A DNA stretch of 64,000 nucleotides, taken from the NCBI GenBank assembly GCA_951406725.2, contig OX597833.1:62806001-62870000 (forward strand), in the 5' to 3' direction. Within the stretch, counting starts at the first letter, position 1. Every line of letters begins with the position of its first letter. Under the pieces are notes generated by a model that was not told where the DNA came from, made no database searches, and was given only the letters and a program-made list of their open reading frames with translations. A program made the position numbers and the translations under genes. This stretch comes from Octopus vulgaris (Eukaryota). Shown here one piece after another: positions 54,530 through 64,000 of the stretch.

Positions 54530-55200
54530 ATTATTATATTTTTATGTTTGACTTTTGATTTACATTTGTACAAGCTGGCTCCAAGTCTCACCCAGAGACC
54601 TCAAGAGACAACAAGTTGGAAATTCATGTTGGTGTTATGCCTAGTGTGCCATATATTTGGTTTTGTACATAGTGTTGTCCTAGAGAATGTTTAAGAAACC
54701 ATAAGAGAATTGTGTTTGTTTAGAAATTTGAAATTACCTAGACAGTATTTTACGTAGGATATGGGCAATTCCCACGAGCACTATCCTTTGAATTACTGCT
54801 ATTTTGGGGTTTCCTGGTATCTGAGCTAGGTAGCAATCAGCCCGTTTTGCTATCACTCCTAGGGCACCTATGACAACAGGTATTGTTTTAGTCTTCTGGT
54901 TCCACATTTTGCTAATTTCTCTTTCAAGTTCTTTATACTTGCACAGTTTTTGGTAGGTCTTGACAGATACGTTTATATCGATTGGGACAGTCAAATCAAT
55001 GAGGAGGCATGATTTTTGTCTGAAGTCTTTCAATATGATGTCTGGCCTATTCGCATCTAACTTTCTGTCAGTTTGAATAGTGAAGTTCCAGAGGAGTGAG
55101 ATGTGATCATTTTCAAGCACTGTTTTTATCATAGGCAAATCCAATGAATATAAAGTGCAGCTCTATCATGCCTGTTGAAATACCCTGTAGGCGCAAGAAG
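54530..55200 (-). pseudogene. R4/Dong-clade non-LTR retrotransposon 3' fragment (restriction-like endonuclease + 3' UTR)
   Basis: RHDRAALYIHW (frameshifted), then LLWNFTIQTDR...RPDII...LID.TVP...K..KY..L...IPVVIGALG...ILRKIL; next to a (TAA)n array. Confidence 0.88.
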
Positions 55201-55214
55201 ACTGTACTTGGTCA

Positions 55215-55278
<64 letters not shown>

Positions 55279-55289
55279 GTTATTATTAT

Positions 55290-55805
55290 TGAGTGAGAGA
55301 GCGGTGCAGTATACCCGTCGTGACTACCCGTCTGATAAGGGTACACCAGGCACATGCATCACAACCATATGTGCGCGACATGGTGATCTCATATCAAGAT
55401 AAACAGCACATGACCTTGCAGGTGGGGCCCAGTTAGAATTTTCTTCTGATCGAGTAACCCATCCTGTTCAAAAGGTCCTTGAATAAGGGTTGTTTAAGGA
55501 TGTTGAACGAACCACCCATGTTTCCAAAGGGGAATTATCCAAACCCCAAAGAATTCCTTTCAACACACGGCTATCTTGCTCCCCCACTACTTCCGCTCGT
55601 GATCAGAGAGGCACATATCATCAGCCACTAAGGGACATGCTCAACTGGCTAAGGTCAAGCAACCGACAAGAAATTCTGTGGTATTGAGCAGAATATTTGC
55701 TGTAGCCCATCTTTTATACCAAGACAAAACAATGTGCATGATAACACTTCCAATCAGTTAAGATCAGGAGCCATCAGAGCCACTGTCTGGTACTACATCA
55801 GGGCT
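55290..55805. mobile_element. Non-coding ~515-bp element (family I) associated with (TTA)n; partial copies at 55900-56062 and 58964-59201
   Basis: Copies align by eye; ends abut ttatta repeats. Confidence 0.75.
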
Positions 55806-56065
55806 CTTCTTCTTCTTCTTCTTCTTCTTCTTCTTCTCCTCCCCCCCTCCTCCTCCTCATCATCATCAGCAGCAGCATCATCATTATTATTATTATTATT
55901 GAGTGAGAGAGCAGTGCATGCCATGAAAGTGACAATCGGGTACAAATATCAGAAGCTCGATATACTCATCATGAGGCCCGTCTGATAAGGGCACACCAGG
56001 CGCATGCAAAACAACCATATGTGCAAGACGTGGTGAGCTCATGTCAAGATAAACAGCACACGACC

Positions 56066-56200
56066 ATCGGTGGCGTGGAGACGGAAGGCCGGTATTCATG
56101 GACGACTGCTGGTCTTCCATAAACAACCTTGTCCGGACTTGTGCCCCAGATGTGAACCTTCTGGGTGCAATCCCATGATCATTCGTGACCGAAGGGTTTC
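56066..56200 (+). mobile_element. Isolated SINE tail E
   Basis: Reverse complement of 11713-11825. Confidence 0.75.
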
Positions 56201-56222
56201 TTATACATTTTAGGGCTCACGA

Positions 56223-56602
56223 GGGGGCGCAATGGTGGTTAGGGCAGCGGACTCGCGGTCATAGGATCGCGGTTTCGATTCCCAGACCGGGCGTTGTGAG
56301 TGTTTATTGAGCGAAAACACCTAAAGTTCCACGAGGCTCCGGCAGGGGATGGTGGTGATCCCTGCTGTACTCTTTCACCACAACTTTCTCTCACTCTTAC
56401 TTCCTGTTTCTGTTGTACCTGTATTTCAAAGGGGCCGGCCTTGTCACTCTCTGTGTCACGCTGAATATCCCCGAGAACTACGTTAAGGGTACACGTGTCT
56501 GTGGAGTGCTCAGCCACTTACACGTTAATTTCACGAGCAGGCTGTTCCGTTGATTCGGATCAACCGGAACCCTCGTCGTCGTAATCGACGGAGTGCTTCC
56601 AC
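56223..56602 (+). mobile_element. SINE head C + tail G with 11-bp target-site duplication
   Basis: agggctcacga at 56212-56222 and 56603-56613; A-box and B-box present. Confidence 0.92.
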
Positions 56603-56929
56603 AGGGCTCACGAAAAAAAGAAAAAAAGAAAAGAGGTCTTAAGAGGCACTTTATTTTCATCAACCATGAAGATAATGCCGGAATTAACTAGATTTGAACT
56701 CGGGACGTAAGAGGGAAGAACGAATAGCAAACAGGGAAGATATTTTTCCCTGCGAAACCAAAACTCGTTTTGTGCGAATGTTTGAACAACATTTGAACAA
56801 AGAGTTCTTAGTGTCACTGTTTTCAGGAACGTGCAGGAACGATTGTGTGTGTGTGCGTGTACGTGTGTGTGTGTGTGTGTACGTGTGTGTGAAAGAGAGA
56901 GAGAGAGAGAGAGTGTGTGTGTGTGTGTG

Positions 56930-56965
<36 letters not shown>

Positions 56966-57032
56966 TGTGTGTAAGAGAGAGAGTGTGTGTGTGAGTGTGT
57001 GTGAGAGAGAGAGAGAGTGTGTATGTAAGAAA

Positions 57033-57069
<37 letters not shown>

Positions 57070-57309
57070 TGTGTGTAAGAATGTGTGTGTGTATGAGAGA
57101 GAGAGAGGACGTGTGTGTGTGAGTGTGCGCGTGTGTGTGTGTGTATGTGTGTGTGAAAGTGAGAGAGGGTGTGTGTAAGAATTTGTGTATGTGTGTGTGT
57201 ACGCGTGTGTGTCAGAGAGTTTTTGTGTAAGAGTATGTGTGTGAGAGAGAGAAAGAAAGAGAGAGAGAGAGAATATGCGTGAGTGAGTGTGTCAGTATTG
57301 TGTAAGACA

Positions 57310-57344
57310 GATAGATAGATATGTTTCTTTATTAGCCACACAGT
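57310..57344 (-). mobile_element. Minute 3'-end remnant of the Tx1 family joined to (TATC)n
   Basis: Minus strand ctgtgtggctaataaagaaacatatctatctatc versus ctgtgtggctaataaaagaaagttatctatctatc at 34823-34857. Confidence 0.7.
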
Positions 57345-57538
57345 GCGCGTGTACGATAGAACAAATTAGAAGAGAGAGTGTGTGTGTGTGTGTGTGAGAG
57401 GTTTAAAAAAAAAAAAAAAAGGAAGGGTGTGTAGTTTGTGAGTGTGCGTGTGTCTGTGTGTGTGTGAAAGAGTGAGAGAGGGGGTGTGTAAGAAAAAAGG
57501 TGTGTGAGAGTCTTTGTGTAAAAGTGTATATGTGTGAA

Positions 57539-57584
<46 letters not shown>

Positions 57585-57588
57585 TGAT

Positions 57589-57696
<108 letters not shown>

Positions 57697-57706
57697 GAGT
57701 AGATAG

Positions 57707-57803
<97 letters not shown>

Positions 57804-57810
57804 CAGACAG

Positions 57811-57890
<80 letters not shown>

Positions 57891-58313
57891 AGAGAGAGAA
57901 AGTGAAAATGAGAGAGAGTCCTGTGGTTGTTAGTAATTTATTCTCAATGAAGTAATAGACACACGTCTCTGCCACGTCGTCTCTTCCGCCGCCGCCGCCA
58001 TTGCATGCCACAATGTTTATCTGTTCAATAACCAAAGGCGGTTTTAATTCCTTAGCTTTTCTCAGATCATGTCAAGAGCTAAAAGCAGCTTTTGAAAAAC
58101 TGCAACTAAACCTGCACGTTAATGACAAACAATCAGTCATTCGGTACATGTATACCTACCCGCATACACGTATACCCGTATACACACCTACATGCCATAC
58201 GTATATGTATATATATATATAAGTCTGTCTGTATGTATGTAATACGAATATGCCTGTATATAGCTCTGGTTCATATATTACTGTTTGTCGCATGAAAAAT
58301 TATGCCAGACTTC

Positions 58314-58962
<649 letters not shown>

Positions 58963-59255
58963 TGGTTATGATGCTCCTCCACTACTTCTGCTCATGATCA
59001 GAGATGCACATATCGTCAGCCACTAAGGGACATGCTCAACTGGTTGAGTCTAAACAACCGACGAGAAAATCTGTGGTATTGAGCAGAATATTTGCTGTAG
59101 CCCATCTTTTATACCAAGACAAAACAATGTACATGATAACACTTCCAATCAGTTAAGATCAGGAGCCACAAGAGCCACTGCCTAGTACTGCATCAGGGCA
59201 TTTATTATTATTATTATTATTATTATCATCATCATCATCATCATCGTCGTCGTCG

Positions 59256-59340
<85 letters not shown>

Positions 59341-59355
59341 CATCATCATCACCAC

Positions 59356-59505
<150 letters not shown>

Positions 59506-59509
59506 TGTT

Positions 59510-59725
59510 AAGGTGATCTAGCAGAATCGTTACTACGCTGGACCTCGTGCTCGACGGCATTTCTTCCAGCTTGACGTTCCGAGTTCAAATTCCGCCGAGA
59601 CCGAACTTTGCCTTTCATCCTTTTGGGACTCATTGAAATATGTGCCTGTTAAACATTGGGGGGCTGATGTAACCGACGTACCCACCCTTCAAATTTGCAG
59701 GCCTTGTGCCAAAATAAGAAAAGGA
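59510..59725 (+). mobile_element. Old SINE family B copy with the alternative tail
   Basis: gagttcaaattccgccgag and gcctttcatcc; tail ggccttgtgcc. Confidence 0.75.
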
Positions 59726-59739
59726 CCGTTATCAGAAAT

Positions 59740-60080
59740 CTATTACTGGCAAGCTTAAACCTGTAGTAATATCTCCCTGAAGTTCTGGGACAAATCTCTT
59801 CAAATCTCAAGAATCTTTCTTAGGATTCGAACAGAGTACAGAATAGTACTGTTTGATAGTCAACGGTCCCTGTTTCAATTCCAATATCCTTTAGCTTCTG
59901 GTAGCAGTTTGTGCATTGTACAAAGTACATCAAATACAACAGATACATTTACCGGCTTTGTCTTCGACAATATCGCCATCTCTCTGGCCAAGTTCTGACA
60001 TTTCTCAATTCCTTTGATTATCCACTCTAGCCTCATTTGTTAAACATTTGTGCTCTCCAATCAGATCTTGTCAATTCACT
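59740..60080 (-). pseudogene. Second, more decayed R4/Dong-type 3' fragment
   Basis: Minus translation pieces IEKCQNLAREMAILSKTKPVNVSVV, LKDIGIE and RILRKILEI*. Confidence 0.6.
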
Positions 60081-60082
60081 TC

Positions 60083-60189
<107 letters not shown>

Positions 60190-60452
60190 CTCTTATATGT
60201 TCGGGTATACGAGCGGGTATGTAAGTATGCGTACGTGTGTGAATATACATGTATATCATATATATATATATACATACATTCATTCACACACATATTCGTA
60301 CTTATATATAAACACATACACACTTAGTCATTTATACAAACACACATTCATATATATGTACACATATACATACACAAATATGTATGTATATACGGGTATA
60401 CATGTGTATAAACGCATATCTATATGCATATATTTGTGTACACACTAATATA

Positions 60453-60496
<44 letters not shown>

Positions 60497-60849
60497 TATA
60501 AGTATATATATATATATATGTACACACACACATGAACATTTATACATATACACTCACAGACACACACATACATGTACAGACATACGCTCGCACACACAGA
60601 CACAGATACGCCTGCACACACACAGACACTCACACACACACACACACACACATACACACATATATATATATAACTTTAATCGGATTTGTGGTAGATTAAA
60701 GTAGCTAATCTGCTTATCTCTTCTCATTTAACAGTTCCTCCCTTTACAAACGCCCCTTCATAGTTTCTTTCGTTCTTTCTCTCTCTTTTTTTTTCTACCT
60801 CTCTTGTGTATGCATATGTGCGTGTGTTTCTGTATGTGCGTATGCTGGT

Positions 60850-60908
<59 letters not shown>

Positions 60909-61485
60909 TACACTCACATACATCCTTCATGTCATAATGTACTTTAGAACAAAGCTAAGATTTTAGTCGGCAGTGACATACAGACGTAGAGGTACAACAT
61001 CGATTTTCCAGAAAGTTGGGTACCGATGCCTTTCCGGATGACAGATTTTTACGAACTAAGGGTGCTCTATCTCTAAAATACTAAATTTTACTCAAATGAT
61101 TGTAGGAGATACAGACACTTGTACATTAAGATAAATGGTGCAAGTTTGATACTACTGTCCTGTGCAAGGTACTGTGAAACGAGACCTGCCAGGAAATTAA
61201 TCTGGTTACAGTGGCAATTTGAAGTTCCTATCCGTAAATTGTTGTCGATTCGAGGAAATTCCGGATCATCAGTGTCCCCCCAAATTTAACATAATTTGAG
61301 ATGTCCCTATCGGAGTGACTACATGGTCAAGAGATATGAAATTTAATGGGCTTAATTTTGAATGTAACAAGTTTTATTCTACTGATTTCCAACGAAAAAT
61401 TCTCTGAAATGATAATTTTATAATGTTCCAAAGTTATCACGGTTCTTTGAAATGCCTCAGAACACATTCACTTTTGGCGAGCCCC

Positions 61486-61649
<164 letters not shown>

Positions 61650-61659
61650 TGTATATATA

Positions 61660-61710
<51 letters not shown>

Positions 61711-61711
<1 letters not shown>

Positions 61712-62086
61712 GGCGCAGGAGTGGTTGTGTGGTAAGTAGCTTGCTTACCAACCACATGGTTCCGGGCAAGTGTCTTCTACTATAGCCTCGGGCCGACCAA
61801 TGCCTTGTGAGTGGATTTGGTAGACGGAAACTGAAAGAAGCCTGTCGTATATATGTATATATATATATGCATGCGTGTATGTTTGTGTGTCTGTGTATGT
61901 CCCCCTAGCATTGCTTGACGACCGATGCTGGTGTGTTTATGTCCCCGTCACTTAGCGGTTCGGCAAAAGAGACCGATAGAATAAGTACTGGGCTTACAAA
62001 GAATAAGTCCCGGGGTCGAGTTGCTCGACTAAAGGCGGTGTTCCAGCATGGCCGCAGTCAAATGACTGAAACAATTAAAAAAAAAA

Positions 62087-62087
<1 letters not shown>
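61711..62087 (+). mobile_element. SINE family A with a short deletion across the B-box
   Basis: ggttccgggcaagtg junction, consistent with deletion between ggg microhomologies. Confidence 0.9.
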
Positions 62088-62117
<30 letters not shown>

Positions 62118-62439
62118 TGTAGATAGATAGACAGACAGATAGCTAGATACATACATACATACATACATACATACATACATACATACATACATACATACAT
62201 GCATGCATAAATACACAGATAGACAGACTGACACACACTCACATGTATATACTCGCACGTGAGCACATAAGTTCAAAACAAAATGGAGAAAATAAGACTC
62301 GGACATGAAAAGTAGAGTAAAATACCATCTTATTAAAACCGAAATAAAGTTCACAAACTGTTACTCAAAAGTTTCACATTAACCGTTCGTCAGAAAGTCG
62401 TTTAGCAACGCATGACATGGGTCCCATGTGCTTTTCTCT

Positions 62440-62663
62440 TGACTATTCGTTCTTTCCTCTTTTTCCTTCTCTCTGGAATTTCTTCCTCGGTGCGACGAAG
62501 AGCCAATGCTCGAAACGTCATAATAACTGTTGCTTTCATTTTCCATGTGAACTTTCACCGAGCGTCGAACTAATGCATTCGCTGTGTACGAGTGTCCATT
62601 TGTCGTCTGCTGTTTTCGTTTTTTGTTCTTGAATTCGCTGTTCGTCACCGATTTACTTTTATA

Positions 62664-62665
<2 letters not shown>
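62440..62665 (+). mobile_element. Diverged Penelope-pLTR-like element with degenerate hammerhead (62492-62520)
   Basis: gcGACGA-A-GAGC-CAAT-GCTC-GAAAC-GTC, plus ccgagcgt..actaat shared with 38320-38336. Confidence 0.55.
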
Positions 62666-62715
<50 letters not shown>

Positions 62716-62993
62716 GAGAGAAAGAGAGAAAGAGAGAGAGAGAGGAGGGAAGCAGCGAGCGAAAAAAAGATGCGAACCTATGGAGAGATAAACGTGCAAA
62801 GGTAGGGGCAGATACAAGCGCACGCACACATACATATACACATATACAGAGTGAGGGGTAGTAAGAGACAGACGGAGCAAGAGAAATGCAGAGAGGTAGT
62901 GTCATACGGAGAGGTAGATATACAAAGAGAAATAGAGACAGACGCAGACGATCAAAAATAGAGGTAGATAGATAGATAGATAGATAGATAGAG

Positions 62994-63048
<55 letters not shown>

Positions 63049-63344
63049 GAGAGATGTAGAAATGAAAAAAAATTCAGTCAATATCAACACTATCAGACAG
63101 AAATTTCACGGTGTTTAACCTTTTCTTTTAGTAATTAACTTAACAAACGTTCTCTTCTCTTCCAAACTGTTTTGTCGTCGTTTGACATTTTGCAAAAAAC
63201 TGAATCTGGAATGTTGTGCCAAAGTCACTTTGTCCAATGCTTACTTACATGCACGCGCGTACCCCCTCCCCTTTAAAGACACACACACACACACACACAC
63301 ACTTACACACACGCACACACGCATATACGCACACACACGTAAAA

Positions 63345-64000
63345 CTCTCTCTTTCTTTATGTCTGTCTTTCTTTGTCGCTCTCTCTCTGTATTTATTTGT
63401 CTCTCTCTCTTTGTCTTTCTTTCTCTCTCTCTCTCTCTCTATGTCTTTCTTTGTCTCTCTCCCTCAGCTTCTCATCTCCATCACCCTCTCACTTCGTCTC
63501 TCCTTTCTTTTCTCTGTCTTTCTCTCTCTTCCTCTCTCCTCGTCTCTGCCACTATATGTCTCTCTTTCCACAATCTGTAATCCCTCATTTCCCCCTCTCT
63601 CCATCTCTCTCTTTCTCTGCCTCTCTTCTCTATCTCCCGCCTTCCCTCCCTGTCTTTCCCTCTCTCTTTCTCCCTGTCTCTCTTCTCCCTTCCTCTCTCT
63701 CTCTGCCCGTCTCCCAAACTCTCTCCCTGTCTCTTTCTCTCTCCCCGTCCCTATCATTGTTTGTCTCTCTAATCCCTGATTCTGTCTCTGTCACGCTCTC
63801 TCTCCCCTAATGTCTCTCCCTCTTCCTCTCTCCATTTCTCTCCCTCCCTCTCTCGGTCTTTTCTCTCTCTCTCTCCTCCCAATACCTCTTCCTCTCTCTC
63901 TCTTTCTCTCTCCGACTCTGTCATACTTTTTCTCTTGTCCCCATGTCTCTAACCTCACATTCCGTCTCTCTCTCACCTTTCTTTCTCTCTCTCCTTCTCT
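63345..64000. repeat. CT-rich low-complexity tract
   Basis: Direct reading. Confidence 0.9.

Overview
Eukaryotic, extremely microsatellite-rich, apparently intronic or intergenic DNA. The SINE families and repeat texture look like an octopus (coleoid cephalopod) genome; this is inferred from recognition, not from a search. No host protein-coding gene can be firmly supported, and almost all listed ORFs are translations of simple repeats. The only long genuine ORFs belong to one near-intact ~6.15 kb L1/Tx1-type non-LTR retrotransposon (28691-34845; ORF1 with a CCHC knuckle, ORF2 APE-RT-zinc finger) inserted inside a (TATC)n array. The rest is dozens of tRNA-headed SINEs (my labels A, B, C, D, G), 3' fragments of RTE and R4/Dong-type LINEs, a Tc1/mariner fragment and several MITE or foldback elements. 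Most notable: (1) about ten minimal hammerhead-ribozyme (HHR) motifs of the Penelope type, one inside a tRNA-promoter-headed SINE with short terminal inverted repeats (48853-49101); (2) the Tx1 3' tail is shared with SINE family B and recurs as a tiny remnant at another TATC junction; (3) different retroelement classes each sit in their own microsatellite type; (4) SINE heads and tails are combinatorially swapped. Coordinates were read by eye and repeat boundaries may be off by a few bases.
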